Positions 1 through 9,424 of a stretch of DNA of 58,160 nucleotides are shown here, piece after piece. The notes under the pieces are model-generated. The model saw only the letters and a list, made by a program, of their open reading frames with translations. It was not told where the DNA came from and did not search any database. The first letter of the stretch is position 1. The number at the start of each line of letters is the position of its first letter. The position numbers and the translations under genes were made by a program. The stretch is from a virus. Its lineage: Duplodnaviria; Caudoviricetes. The stretch covers positions 1 to 58,160 of the IMG/VR virus record IMGVR_UViG_3300032898_000006; one strand, given 5' to 3'.

Positions 1-293
1 GCCCACAACCAGAGCGTGCACGGCGAGGACCCGCAGCAGGTCGTCAGCGACGCGATCCGCAGCGCCGCTCTCGAGCAGTTCGGCGCTGTCGTCAGCCAGA
101 TCACCGACGAGACGGTGGGTCGCAAGTTGGCCGGGATCGAGGCCGCAGTCCGGGTGAGCGAGCGGGAACGGATCAAGGGCCTGTTCGGCGAGTGGATCAC
201 GATCCTGATGAGCGAGCCGAACGCCCACCCGCCGGAGGCGTGGATCGCCGCGTTCGCGGGCCTCATCGAGCCGAAGACGGAAGGCGAGCAGTC

Positions 294-686
294 ATGATTC
301 ACCGCATATCGCTGGCCGAGGTTCTGGAGCAGACGGCGCCGCCCTCGAGGACGCTCGACGTGAGCGTCATCGACGACACCGCGTTCGTCCGGATCTGCGA
401 CGTGACCGAGAACGCCAGGACGGACGAGCACCGGGAGATCGTCGAGATCTCGGTCAGCCTCCCGTCGCTGCTGGAAGCCCTGACCGTGCTCTCGCAGGAC
501 GCCGAGCGGGAGCGCCTGCGACCCCAGGACCGGCAGGGGTCGCACGAGACGCGCCTGTCGGGGAGGCGGTTCACCGTCGTGCCTGTCGCCCCATGGTCGG
601 CCGTCGCGGCGCTCACCGAGCACCTCCGGTACGAGGAGCCGGCCGAGGAGCCGAGGGCGCGGCAGGACGAGGAGCCCCCGCAATGA
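294..686 (+). CDS. hypothetical phage protein
   Basis: ATGA overlaps with upstream stop (297) and downstream start (683); GC3-rich frame. Confidence 0.6.
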   Translation: MIHRISLAEVLEQTAPPSRTLDVSVIDDTAFVRICDVTENARTDEHREIVEISVSLPSLLEALTVLSQDAERERLRPQDRQGSHETRLSGRRFTVVPVAPWSAVAALTEHLRYEEPAEEPRARQDEEPPQ

Positions 687-1528
687 CCGCGCAGGCCGAT
701 GAGCTTCCCGGCGTGACGCCCGCGCCTAAACCGCGGGGGATCACGGCCGCGACGATCCTCGAGGCGCTCGAGCGCCACTACCGGAAGCCGGGCGAGGCTC
801 GCGACGGGGAGATCCTGATCCCCGAGGTCTCCGCGCCGGGATCGACACGCAGGGCGGACCTGGTCCGCATCGGCATGTGGGCGTCCCGCGGAACCGGGAT
901 AGACGTTCACGAGATCAAGGTCTCCCGCTCCGACTGGCTCCGCGAGCTCGACGACCCCGCGAAGGCCGAGGCCTGGTGGCCGCACTGCAACCGCTTCTGG
1001 GTTGTCACGGTCCCGGGCGTCGTCCAGCTGGCCGAGCTCCCCGAGGGCTGGGGGTTGATGGAGATGCCCGGCTCCGGCCGGAGGTTCAAGGTCAGGGTCC
1101 CCGCGCAGTCCCGCAAGGACATCCGGCTGACCGTCCCGCTGATGGTGGAGCTGCTGCGACGGGCGGACAACCAGCGGCTAGGCGAGATCGGCAGGCTCCG
1201 CGAGGAGCACCGCGACGACCTTCGAAGGCAGGAGGCCGCGAACCGCGAGCGCCGCGACCGGGGCGAGCTCTCCCCCGCGGTGAGGCGCCGCCTCGACCTC
1301 CTCGAGGCCGTCGAGAAGGCGCTCGGCATGCCGCTGGACATCTACCCGGGATGGCCGAGGCTGCCGCCGGAGAGGATCATGCCGGGCGAGCTCGCCGCCC
1401 TGCTGGCCGACGCGAGGGACCACGTGACGGTCCAGCGGCGCGCCGAGGACGCGAGACGCGAACGCGCCGTGCTGCGCGACGCCGCCGCGGGCCTGCTCAA
1501 GCGGCTCGACGCCGGGAACCCGTCATGA
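683..1528 (+). CDS. MmcB-like PD-(D/E)XK nuclease-fold protein
   Basis: Motif E..RRADLVRIGMW...HEIKVSRSDWLREL...WVVT typical of the MmcB family. Confidence 0.7.
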   Translation: MTAQADELPGVTPAPKPRGITAATILEALERHYRKPGEARDGEILIPEVSAPGSTRRADLVRIGMWASRGTGIDVHEIKVSRSDWLRELDDPAKAEAWWPHCNRFWVVTVPGVVQLAELPEGWGLMEMPGSGRRFKVRVPAQSRKDIRLTVPLMVELLRRADNQRLGEIGRLREEHRDDLRRQEAANRERRDRGELSPAVRRRLDLLEAVEKALGMPLDIYPGWPRLPPERIMPGELAALLADARDHVTVQRRAEDARRERAVLRDAAAGLLKRLDAGNPS

Positions 1529-1815
1529 CCGCGGGCAGCCGGATCTCCCAGGGCAGGGTCACCCATACCCGCTACCCGGAGGTCGACGACGTTCATCTGC
1601 TCGACGTCTGCCGGGCCGGCGGCGTTGCGGGGGGCGTGACTCATGCGAGGGCGCGCTGGCTGTACGCGAGGGCGTGCAAGGAGTGGCGGGAACGGCACCA
1701 GGCGGCGCGGCAGGAGGCGGCCGAGCGGATCGTGCAGGACGCGCTCCGGGAGGTCGCCGAGACCGCGTGGATGGCCGTCCAGCTGCGCCGTGGACTCGGC
1801 GGCGGCCGTGGCTGA
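1525..1815 (+). CDS. hypothetical protein
   Basis: ATGA-coupled start in the + strand gene array. Confidence 0.5.
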   Translation: MTAGSRISQGRVTHTRYPEVDDVHLLDVCRAGGVAGGVTHARARWLYARACKEWRERHQAARQEAAERIVQDALREVAETAWMAVQLRRGLGGGRG

Positions 1816-1926
1816 GACCGGCTACGCGGGGCGCTCACGGCGGCCGTGGCACTGGCGGACCCTGTTGTGCATGTTCGGCGTCCGCGAGTGCGCGGGCTGC
1901 CGGTGGTGGCGGGAAACGGGTCGGCC

Positions 1927-2121
1927 ATGAGGGACCTCGACGCGACGCTCCGCGACCTCCGCGGTCGCGGCTACAAGGTCGCCAGGGGGCGGCGTTCCAG
2001 TCACTGGCAGGTGCGCGACAAGTCCGGCCGCCTGCTGGCGGTAGTCAGCTCGACGCCCGGCGACCGCAACGCCCTTCGCAACCTCAAGGGCCAGCTTCGG
2101 CGCGCGGAGGCGAGGCCATGA
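1927..2121 (+). CDS. HicA-like small dsRBD-fold protein
   Basis: 64 aa, GYKVARGRRSSHWQV...VVSSTPGDRNALRNLKGQLRR, HicA-like pattern with conserved His. Confidence 0.6.
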   Translation: MRDLDATLRDLRGRGYKVARGRRSSHWQVRDKSGRLLAVVSSTPGDRNALRNLKGQLRRAEARP

Positions 2122-2396
2122 GCGCGGAGAAGCCCGTCCGCCTGACGTTCCCTGCGTACGACGTCGGCGCGGCCGACATCCTCGCCGGCGGCCGGACGGT
2201 GGGCTTCTGCCTCGACGAAGGAGGCGGCACGCGCGGCCACGCCAGGCGGTGGCGCGCTTACCTGTACCCGGCCGCCCAGGGCCGGCGGACGCCGAGGCCG
2301 GAGAACTGCGAGGAAGTGACCCGGCGGACGCTCGGCGATCTGAGGCGGGAACTGCGGCAGCGGGTTGAGCTAAAGGGGCGATGGTGGGGGTGCTAG
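2118..2396 (+). CDS. hypothetical protein
   Basis: ATGA-coupled to previous gene. Confidence 0.55.
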   Translation: MSAEKPVRLTFPAYDVGAADILAGGRTVGFCLDEGGGTRGHARRWRAYLYPAAQGRRTPRPENCEEVTRRTLGDLRRELRQRVELKGRWWGC

Positions 2397-2602
2397 TCGC
2401 CGTCGTCCGTGATCACGCGCCCGTGGCTGAGCGCCCAAGTCTCGACGTCCTCGCGCTTCCAGACCTTGCCCATTTCGAGCACGACGTCTGGCTTGGGGAA
2501 GTCCTCGCGGTTGATGATCTGCTGGACACGCTGACGGCTCACGCCGCCGAGCATGCGGCCTATCTCTGCGGACCCCACAAGGTGATGCACGGGCAGAACC
2601 AT
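2393..2602 (-). CDS. AlpA-like HTH DNA-binding protein
   Basis: LVGSAEIGRMLGGVSRQRVQQI..REDFPKP..L..GKVW..EDVETW. Confidence 0.8.
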   Translation of the reverse strand: MVLPVHHLVGSAEIGRMLGGVSRQRVQQIINREDFPKPDVVLEMGKVWKREDVETWALSHGRVITDDGD

Positions 2603-2614
2603 AGTCTCCATACT

Positions 2615-2668
2615 ACTAGTCGCTTGACTAGAGGCAAGAGTCCGGCGCATACTAGTCACATGACTAGT
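2615..2668. promoter_or_regulatory. Divergent promoter with two 18-bp palindromic operators
   Basis: ACTAGTCGCTTGACTAGA (2615-2632) and ACTAGTCACATGACTAGT (2651-2668); TTGACT-N18-CATACT ends 6 nt before ATG 2660. Confidence 0.65.
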
Positions 2669-2920
2669 GCGTCGCTGAAGGCCCCCGCAACCCGGCACAT
2701 CAGCAAGCGGCAGGCGCGTGACCTCTTCCGCGCCGCCCGGCTGAACGAGCAGCAGATGTACCCGGCCGCCGACGCCCACTGCCGGCTGCACGGCGTCTGG
2801 CCTGAGGGCTACCTCGCCGCGAAGGCCGAGACCGCGCGGACGTTCGGCGTCTTCCTCGACGCCGGGGTCTGCTCCGGGATCGACATTCCCGCACCGACCG
2901 CACCGACCGAGGAGAGCTAG
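2660..2920 (+). CDS. hypothetical protein (probably leaderless)
   Basis: ATG at predicted +1; ORF ends 3 nt before the next gene. Confidence 0.55.
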   Translation: MTSASLKAPATRHISKRQARDLFRAARLNEQQMYPAADAHCRLHGVWPEGYLAAKAETARTFGVFLDAGVCSGIDIPAPTAPTEES

Positions 2921-2923
2921 ACC

Positions 2924-3499
2924 ATGCCCCGCAACCCTGACGCCTTCGCCCCGCTGGGCGATGAGATCCTCGACTTCGAGGGCGAGCCGCGCGCCGTCCT
3001 CCGCGACTTCGACTGCCTCGTCATCCCCGCGATCACCCTGCCGCCGGCCGGGGTCCGCGACCTCGAGCGGCGCATCGGCGAGTACTGGCGGGAGATCGCC
3101 CGCTACAGGCTCCGCACCGCCGACCTGACGGGCGTCGACCTGAACCTCGTGCGCGGCCAGCTCGCGTACGTCGGCTACGGCCCGTACCTCCCGTCCGCCG
3201 ACTGGCCTGAGGTCGCCCGGAGGCTCGCGGCTCTCGGCGACATGGCCGGGCTCGAGGAACTGCGGAAGCTGAGCGCCCTGCTGACCGGGGACGAGATCCT
3301 GCCCGCCGCCGCCCCGGTGTGCAAGTGCGTGATCAGCGGCGGGGACCTGCTCCCGATCGCCTGCCCTGCCCACGGCACCCCGTGCGGGAACTGCGGCGGC
3401 CTGGAAGGCTGCGCGCCTGACTGCGGCGGCGAGGGCGACTGCGGCTGCGGCCCCTGCTGCGCGCTGTGCCGCGCGGAGGACGGTGACCTCGGTGACTGA
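2924..3499 (+). CDS. hypothetical protein with Cys-rich C-terminus
   Basis: RBS GAGGAG; tail CKC..CPAH..CGNC..C..DC..DCGC..CC..C. Confidence 0.65.
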   Translation: MPRNPDAFAPLGDEILDFEGEPRAVLRDFDCLVIPAITLPPAGVRDLERRIGEYWREIARYRLRTADLTGVDLNLVRGQLAYVGYGPYLPSADWPEVARRLAALGDMAGLEELRKLSALLTGDEILPAAAPVCKCVISGGDLLPIACPAHGTPCGNCGGLEGCAPDCGGEGDCGCGPCCALCRAEDGDLGD

Positions 3500-4103
3500 C
3501 CGCCGCGACCTCATCCCCGCTCTCGCCGCCCTCATCCGGGCTGCGGTCTACGGCGACCGGACCGCCCCGGCCCTAGCGGAGAGGCTGCTGCCCTCGCTCG
3601 GGATCACCTGGGATGGCAGCCTCACCGCAGGGTCGGTCGAGGAGGGGCTCCGGGAGGCGCTCGGCCCGGCCCTTGACCGGGAGCGGCTCGGGACCGCGCT
3701 CGCCGCCCTGGAGGACGCCGCGGACTACCGCCGCGAGCACCGGGACGGCGACTGCACGGACTGCGACGCGCTGCCGGCGGGACAGGGGGACGGCGGCGAG
3801 AAGGCGGCGGACGGGCCGAGTGCCCCGGACCTCGTCGACCGCATTGCCGATGTCTTGTCCGAGGCCGGCTACACCGACGCCCGGCAGGTCTTCCCCGGCG
3901 GCTTCCTCATCACCGGGGGACCGGGCTATGCGACGACGGGCTCGGTGATCGTGTCGGTGCCGTGGACGGACGCCACGGACGGGGAGCGCAGGAGGCTGCT
4001 GGCGAGGTTCGCCGAGGCGCTCCGCGACGGGGGCCTGCACGTCACCGCGCGGGGCCGCTACCTCGAGGCGCGCGCAATGCCGGGGGAGGCCCGCGAATGG
4101 TGA
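3492..4103 (+). CDS. hypothetical protein (CxDC motif)
   Basis: Overlapping start in gene array; GC3-rich. Confidence 0.55.
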   Translation: MTDRRDLIPALAALIRAAVYGDRTAPALAERLLPSLGITWDGSLTAGSVEEGLREALGPALDRERLGTALAALEDAADYRREHRDGDCTDCDALPAGQGDGGEKAADGPSAPDLVDRIADVLSEAGYTDARQVFPGGFLITGGPGYATTGSVIVSVPWTDATDGERRRLLARFAEALRDGGLHVTARGRYLEARAMPGEAREW

Positions 4104-4345
4104 CCAAGGCCCCCGCCAGGCTCGGGGACGAGCTGACCGACCGGGAGTGGGAGATCGCGCTCCTGGTCGCCAGGGACTGGAAGGACGCCCGGATCGCCCG
4201 GCACTTGTTCGTCTCGCCGGTCACGGTCGGGACGGACATCCGCAGCCTGAAGACCAAGATCGGGGCGGCGGACCGGACCGCCGTCATCAAGTGGGTTATC
4301 GAGCGCTCGGCCGCCACGGCGGCGGGAGGCGGGGAGTCCCGGTGA
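4097..4345 (+). CDS. LuxR-type HTH regulator
   Basis: LTDREWEIALLVARDWKDARIARHLFVSPVTVGTDIRSLKTKIG. Confidence 0.85.
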   Translation: MVTKAPARLGDELTDREWEIALLVARDWKDARIARHLFVSPVTVGTDIRSLKTKIGAADRTAVIKWVIERSAATAAGGGESR

Positions 4346-4530
4346 TGCCTGAAGGATCACGGGTCCTGCGCCGGGAGCGCCGCCGCGCATGGCGTGGCAC
4401 CCCGACCGGCAGGCGGGCCACGCACGAGGTCAGGACGACGTACGGGCGGAAGCAGAAGGCGCGGGACTGGGCCGCGGCGTGGGGCGCCGCGAGGGCGGCC
4501 GCCACGACTGCAGCAGAGGAGAGCTGACCG

Positions 4531-4848
4531 ATGTCTGTTGCGCAACTCCGAGAAGGCATCCGAGCCGGATCCGGGCTGTGGTTCTACGACTGCCCGGTGT
4601 GCCCGTGTGATTTCGGGACCATGGGGCCGAAGGCGAAGGCGGAACGCGAAGCCGCCGAGCATGACGCCAAGTACCACCCCGTTACCTGCCCGGCGTGCGG
4701 CTCGGAGTCGCCCGGCGAGCTGGGCTATGCGCCGGGCTTCAGCGGGATGCCGGCCACGTGCCGGGACGACTGGCACGACGCCGACGCAAGGGTGCCAGGC
4801 GATCACGGAGAGGCCGCCACGACGGCTGGAGAGGCGGCGGGATCGTGA
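4531..4848 (+). CDS. zinc-finger protein
   Basis: CPVC..HxxxxH and CPAC..C..H motifs; RBS GAGGAG. Confidence 0.55.
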   Translation: MSVAQLREGIRAGSGLWFYDCPVCPCDFGTMGPKAKAEREAAEHDAKYHPVTCPACGSESPGELGYAPGFSGMPATCRDDWHDADARVPGDHGEAATTAGEAAGS

Positions 4849-5144
4849 CCCCCGCCGACGAGTGGTCCGCCGAGAACGGCGGCAACCCGATGTTCGACCC
4901 GTGGGCTCCCGAGCAGCCTGCCGGGCCTCTGTGCGAGAAGGACGGGATCGACTACGACACCTACGGCGGCGAGCGGGAGTGGCAGTGCGGCTACCCGGGC
5001 ACGGTGCGCGTGCCGTCCGGGCGGCTGCTCTGCGAGGACCACGCCGGAGAGCTCGGCTACGGGCCCAAGCAGGAGTACTACGGGTTCGACCCGGACGACG
5101 AGCCTAAGTTCGACGAGCCGCCCGTGACGGAGCCGGCGTCATGA
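4845..5144 (+). CDS. hypothetical protein
   Basis: GTGA-coupled; LCE..C..LCEDH. Confidence 0.5.
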   Translation: MTPADEWSAENGGNPMFDPWAPEQPAGPLCEKDGIDYDTYGGEREWQCGYPGTVRVPSGRLLCEDHAGELGYGPKQEYYGFDPDDEPKFDEPPVTEPAS

Positions 5145-5398
5145 CCGACCTGTTCACCGCCGAGGGCGCGTACCTGCCCGCCCCGCAGCGAACCTGCACC
5201 CGGTGCCTGCACGTCATCGTGGACGTGGATGAGCTCGGCCCCTACTACCAGGTGCCGGCGCAAGAGAACGTTGGGCCGCTGTTCCCGGGAGGCCCCGACA
5301 CTGTGCTGACGTTCATGAACCGGGTCCATGAGTGCGACGGGCAACCGCACAGCCTGCCCGCAGACGTTGCGGCAACAGCGACGGAGGACCGGCCATGA
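5141..5398 (+). CDS. hypothetical protein
   Basis: ATGA-coupled; CxxC..HEC. Confidence 0.5.
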   Translation: MTDLFTAEGAYLPAPQRTCTRCLHVIVDVDELGPYYQVPAQENVGPLFPGGPDTVLTFMNRVHECDGQPHSLPADVAATATEDRP

Positions 5399-5673
5399 GG
5401 AACTTCCGTGACATCCCCGACGAGCACCGGTACGGCGACGAGCCGGACGAGGACGACTGGTACGGCCGGGACGACTACCGAGAGCCGGACCCCGAGGACT
5501 ACGAGATCGCCAAGGCCGAGCACGAGCACTCCGAGACGGTCCACGGCGGCAGGCCGTGCGACTGCCCGGTGCCGACCGAGGAAGAGATCGCGGCGCAGTG
5601 GGCGGAAGAGGACCGGAAGCACAGGGCCGAGGTCCACGGCGGCGGGGAATGCCGCTGCGAACCACCGTTCTGA
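5395..5673 (+). CDS. small acidic protein with duplicated H..VHGG..CxC motif
   Basis: HSETVHGGRPCDC and HRAEVHGGGECRC. Confidence 0.55.
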   Translation: MRNFRDIPDEHRYGDEPDEDDWYGRDDYREPDPEDYEIAKAEHEHSETVHGGRPCDCPVPTEEEIAAQWAEEDRKHRAEVHGGGECRCEPPF

Positions 5674-5726
5674 CAGGCGCTGCAGGCCCACTGACGACAT
5701 AACAGATCAACAGACGGAGGACACAG

Positions 5727-5933
5727 ATGGACGAGTTCAAGGCCGGCGACAAGATCGAGCACCGCCTGATGCCCGGATTCACGATGACCGTGGAGGGCAC
5801 CCGCGAGTGCGAGGCCGACGCGAACCGCCCGGAGCCGCACCAGGCGCTCAAGGTGACGGACCCCGAGGGCAACGAGGACTGGCTGTGCGCCCACGACGCG
5901 CAGAAGCCCGGAGAGGGACTTCCGTGGACGTGA
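5727..5933 (+). CDS. small SH3-like hypothetical protein
   Basis: RBS GGAGG; FKAGDKIEH..MTV. Confidence 0.6.
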   Translation: MDEFKAGDKIEHRLMPGFTMTVEGTRECEADANRPEPHQALKVTDPEGNEDWLCAHDAQKPGEGLPWT

Positions 5934-6340
5934 CGGACCTCAACCCGGACGGGCCGCACAACTCGGAGCGCACAGCCGAGGCGGGCCAGCTGTTCGATGA
6001 CTGCTCTCGGTTCCTGTGCTATGCCACGATGCCGGAGAAGGGCGGCCTGGAGTACCCCGGTGACGCCTACCGCCTCATCGCTGACCTTTACGCGGCGACC
6101 GGGCGGCTCCCGCAGGCGTGCGAGCAGATCGGCGAGTTCCTGATGGCGCAGGGGCGCCGCGTTGATGCTTACGAGGCGCGCGGCCGTAACCCGAGCGAGC
6201 AATCGGCGATAGGCGCTGCGCGTCTGGCCGATGCCGCGACCGCAGCGCACAACCTGACCCGGGCGCTGCAGGCCGCCCAGACGGCCATCGCCGGGCTTGG
6301 CATCCGGGAGGACGAGGATGGAGAGGCGGACCATGGCTGA
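5924..6340 (+). CDS. hypothetical protein
   Basis: Overlapping array gene, helical composition. Confidence 0.55.
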   Translation: MDVTDLNPDGPHNSERTAEAGQLFDDCSRFLCYATMPEKGGLEYPGDAYRLIADLYAATGRLPQACEQIGEFLMAQGRRVDAYEARGRNPSEQSAIGAARLADAATAAHNLTRALQAAQTAIAGLGIREDEDGEADHG

Positions 6341-6551
6341 CGGCAGCCTGCCGGCGTGGCGGGTGATCAAGGCCCAAGCGCTCGGCCACCTTGACGCCGC
6401 GGACGATGAGGCGTCCAAGGCCGCCGACTGGCTGCGGGGGATCGACTCGCCGCTGACTCCCGCCCAGGCCCAGGCCGCCCGTGAGGCACTGAAACTCGCC
6501 AGCCGGGCCAAGAACCTGATCGACGAGGCCAAGGGAGTTCTTTATGGCTGA
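6333..6551 (+). CDS. hypothetical protein
   Basis: RBS GAGG, 8-nt overlap. Confidence 0.5.
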   Translation: MADGSLPAWRVIKAQALGHLDAADDEASKAADWLRGIDSPLTPAQAQAAREALKLASRAKNLIDEAKGVLYG

Positions 6552-6783
6552 CGTGGCATTGAAGCACGGAGACCGCGCCTTCGTGGTGCTCGACTGCGTT
6601 CCTTACGAGCGCGACGGCACCCCGTTCCGCCGGGTGATCGTGCGGGGCGTCTACCCGGACGAGTCGGCCGCCCCGCCGCCTTACCCGGACGCCGTGCGGA
6701 ACCTGGCCGGCGTGTTCATCGGGATGGACATGCAGACGCCCGCGTTCCTGATCGAGTACCCGAAGGACGAGGCCGGTGCCTGA
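6544..6783 (+). CDS. hypothetical protein
   Basis: RBS GGGAG, overlap with neighbours. Confidence 0.5.
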   Translation: MADVALKHGDRAFVVLDCVPYERDGTPFRRVIVRGVYPDESAAPPPYPDAVRNLAGVFIGMDMQTPAFLIEYPKDEAGA

Positions 6784-7183
6784 CGTGACCGCCGCTGAGA
6801 TCGCGCAGGGCCTTGACGGCTTGCGCGTCGTCATCAGGGACTGGCGGCCGCTGGAGCAGAACCCTGACCTGGCCGTCGGGATCGTCGCGAACCCGCAGGG
6901 ACTCGCCGACGAGCTGAAACGGGAGATCGACTCCTACCCGAGTTTCGGGCCGGGCGTCACTCCGCACAACCCGTCGCCGCTGACGTGCAACGGGTGCCTG
7001 CACGCCCCGGCGACCCTGCTCGCGGCGATGGGCCGCACCCACGCCGACCGAACCTCGGCACCGGGCCATGTGCTGCGGCTGCTGTGCCGTGACTGCGCGG
7101 ACAAGACGGCGGACATCACGAGGGGCGGCGGCCGGCTGGTCACGTTCTTCGCTATCGGATCAGTGGAGGGCACCAATGGCTGA
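6776..7183 (+). CDS. hypothetical protein (CxxC..CxxC)
   Basis: CNGC and CRDC motifs. Confidence 0.5.
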   Translation: MPDVTAAEIAQGLDGLRVVIRDWRPLEQNPDLAVGIVANPQGLADELKREIDSYPSFGPGVTPHNPSPLTCNGCLHAPATLLAAMGRTHADRTSAPGHVLRLLCRDCADKTADITRGGGRLVTFFAIGSVEGTNG

Positions 7184-7520
7184 CGACACCAGCCCGGCCA
7201 GGATCACCGAGGAGCCTCCGACGGGCTCCGTGGTGGCCATCGACTGGGGCAGCCATTACCAAGAGGTGTGGGTGTCCAACTACGCCAATATCGGCAACTG
7301 GTACTGCCCTGACATCCCGATGCGGGGGGACGCCCACCCGACGTGGTGGGACGTGACCAACCGCGCCGAGGGCCGCACGCTGACACTGCTCGTCCCCGCC
7401 GACCGTGACGCCTACGCCGCCGGCTTCGACGCTGGCGTTCAGAAGGTTGGCAACGCCGTTGAGCAGGTCATCGACGACGTCAGGATGCACGTGAACGGAG
7501 CGTATCCCGATGGCCAGTGA
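7176..7520 (+). CDS. hypothetical protein
   Basis: RBS GGAGG, array position. Confidence 0.55.
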   Translation: MADDTSPARITEEPPTGSVVAIDWGSHYQEVWVSNYANIGNWYCPDIPMRGDAHPTWWDVTNRAEGRTLTLLVPADRDAYAAGFDAGVQKVGNAVEQVIDDVRMHVNGAYPDGQ

Positions 7521-7875
7521 CGACAGGCTTACCGCCGAGCGCGCCGATGAGGAGATCATCGCCCTGTGCACCCTGCAGTTCTCCTGGGGCGGCCTGCTCG
7601 ACTGGCGGCCGGCTGACGACGGGTACGCCGTCCACCTGATCCGCGAGACGCGCAGGGGGACGCCAGGGCCGACGCTGTGCGGCATCGGCCGGTTCGACAA
7701 GAACGGCCCAGGGTGGTCGGTCGGCGGGGGGATCTCCGGCCCGGACATCATCCACAAGCCGTGCCCCGGGTGCGCGGGCACGGCACGCGAGCAGTTCCCC
7801 GGCCTGCCGGTGACCGGCAGCGTGGGGGCGCGGGAGATGGCGGCTGAGCTCGGCGTGGCGGTGAGCCGTGGCTGA
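7510..7875 (+). CDS. hypothetical zinc-binding protein
   Basis: VHL..TLCG..CPGC. Confidence 0.55.
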   Translation: MASDDRLTAERADEEIIALCTLQFSWGGLLDWRPADDGYAVHLIRETRRGTPGPTLCGIGRFDKNGPGWSVGGGISGPDIIHKPCPGCAGTAREQFPGLPVTGSVGAREMAAELGVAVSRG

Positions 7876-8113
7876 CCCGGCTGCCGCCCTCGACGCGATC
7901 GAAGCCGCATACCAGGCCCGCGCAGACGTCTGGACGGCCCTGCATAAGGTCGAGTACCAGCTGACCCGTAACAGCAGCTCCCCGAATCTTTCTGTTGTCG
8001 GGGCCGCCCTGGAGGGAGCCGTTGAGGCGTGCGACCGGACGCGGGCGGCGATCGAAAGGGCGCAGGCCGAGGCGGGCCCGATCGACATCTGGAAGGCGAC
8101 TGACTGTGGCTGA
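7868..8113 (+). CDS. hypothetical protein
   Basis: Array position with 8-nt overlaps. Confidence 0.5.
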   Translation: MADPAAALDAIEAAYQARADVWTALHKVEYQLTRNSSSPNLSVVGAALEGAVEACDRTRAAIERAQAEAGPIDIWKATDCG

Positions 8114-8624
8114 GCTTCGGACGCTGACGGTAAAGCAACCATGGGCCCACATGATCGCCCACTGCGGTAAAACGGTGGAGAACCGCTCCTGGCCGACGAC
8201 CCACCGCGGATTGCTGGCGATCCACGCCGGCGCCTACTCAGGCTGGGATCCGGCAGGCGAGGGGAGCCCGGTCGCTCGTGCTGCGTGGCGCGAATGGTCG
8301 GCGACGCTTCCGCCGCTGAACATCACCGGCCCTCTCCGCAGGGGCGCGATTCACATCGACTTCGGGGCGATCGTCGCCGTCGCCGAGTTGTCCGGCTGCC
8401 ACGCGAGCGGGCCGGACGGCTGTGACGGCAACTGGCAGGGGCTGGACGGCTGGCTCCGCCCGCGATGCTCGCCGTGGGCCGTCAACGGGCAGTGGCACTG
8501 GGTGCTGGAGAGCGTCCGCCCGCTTGCCGCGCCTGTGCCGTGCAGGGGCAGGCTCAGCCTATGGCGGCTCCCCGAAGACACCGAGGACGCCGTGCGGGCG
8601 CAGATGGAGGCGACCAGTGCCTGA
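8106..8624 (+). CDS. ASCH domain protein
   Basis: LTVKQPWAHMIAHCGKTVENRSWPT.HRGLLAIHAG...GAIVAVAEL...PVPCRGRLSLW. Confidence 0.9.
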   Translation: MAELRTLTVKQPWAHMIAHCGKTVENRSWPTTHRGLLAIHAGAYSGWDPAGEGSPVARAAWREWSATLPPLNITGPLRRGAIHIDFGAIVAVAELSGCHASGPDGCDGNWQGLDGWLRPRCSPWAVNGQWHWVLESVRPLAAPVPCRGRLSLWRLPEDTEDAVRAQMEATSA

Positions 8625-8886
8625 ACTTCATGACATCCTTCCCCGCCGCAAGACCCCCGAGACCCGCGACGCCGACGGCTGGTGCCGCATCACCGTGCAG
8701 AGGTGCTGCAACGGGTGCGGCGAGCAGATCGGCGACGTGACCATGATCGAGATGGAGCTGGCCATCGCGGGGGAGCCGCTGCCCGATGTGCGCCCGGAGT
8801 GCCCTCGATGCCGGCCGACGATGAACCCGTCCCTGGCCCTGGTCACGAAATCCGCACCCGCGCAACTGGAGGCGCATGATGGCTGA
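8617..8886 (+). CDS. zinc-ribbon protein
   Basis: CCNGCG..IGD...ECPRC. Confidence 0.55.
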   Translation: MPELHDILPRRKTPETRDADGWCRITVQRCCNGCGEQIGDVTMIEMELAIAGEPLPDVRPECPRCRPTMNPSLALVTKSAPAQLEAHDG

Positions 8887-9424
8887 CAAGATCCCCTGGC
8901 GTTTCACCTGCCAGACTCACAACTGGGGCGCGGCCCGCGTGCCCTGCCCGCACGGCGACGGTGTCGACGCTGACCCTCCGGTGCCGGACGGGCGGGCCGC
9001 GGTCGAGGAGATCATCCGCGCGGCGACGTGCGGGACCGACTTCGGCGGGTGGCTCGCTCACACTCTCGCGGAGGCCGCCGCCCGGCTGGGATCGTCGTCG
9101 GCGCTTCTGTCGTCACGCCCCGGCAGCTGGGAAGCCCACGACATCGAACAGCTCCTCAAGGGGACCGTCGGCTGGGATGACGAGCACCTCGCCGACCACC
9201 TGCCGCGGGCCAGGAGGCCCGACCCGGACGGCTGGGAGTACGGCTACCGGTTCAACCCCGCCAACGCCTCCCGCGACACGATGGAAGGCGCCGCCGACGA
9301 CCAGGCGCAGGCCGAGGCGCAGGTAACCCGGATGCGGGAAACCCATCCCGACTGGAACCCGCGCCTGGTGCGACGACGGCCGGTCCAGCCTGCGGGCGAC
9401 TGGGAGGAAGTCCCCGATGCCTGA
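8876..9424 (+). CDS. hypothetical protein
   Basis: RBS GGAGG; RPGSWEA motif; C-terminal domain shared with next gene. Confidence 0.6.
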   Translation: MMADKIPWRFTCQTHNWGAARVPCPHGDGVDADPPVPDGRAAVEEIIRAATCGTDFGGWLAHTLAEAAARLGSSSALLSSRPGSWEAHDIEQLLKGTVGWDDEHLADHLPRARRPDPDGWEYGYRFNPANASRDTMEGAADDQAQAEAQVTRMRETHPDWNPRLVRRRPVQPAGDWEEVPDA

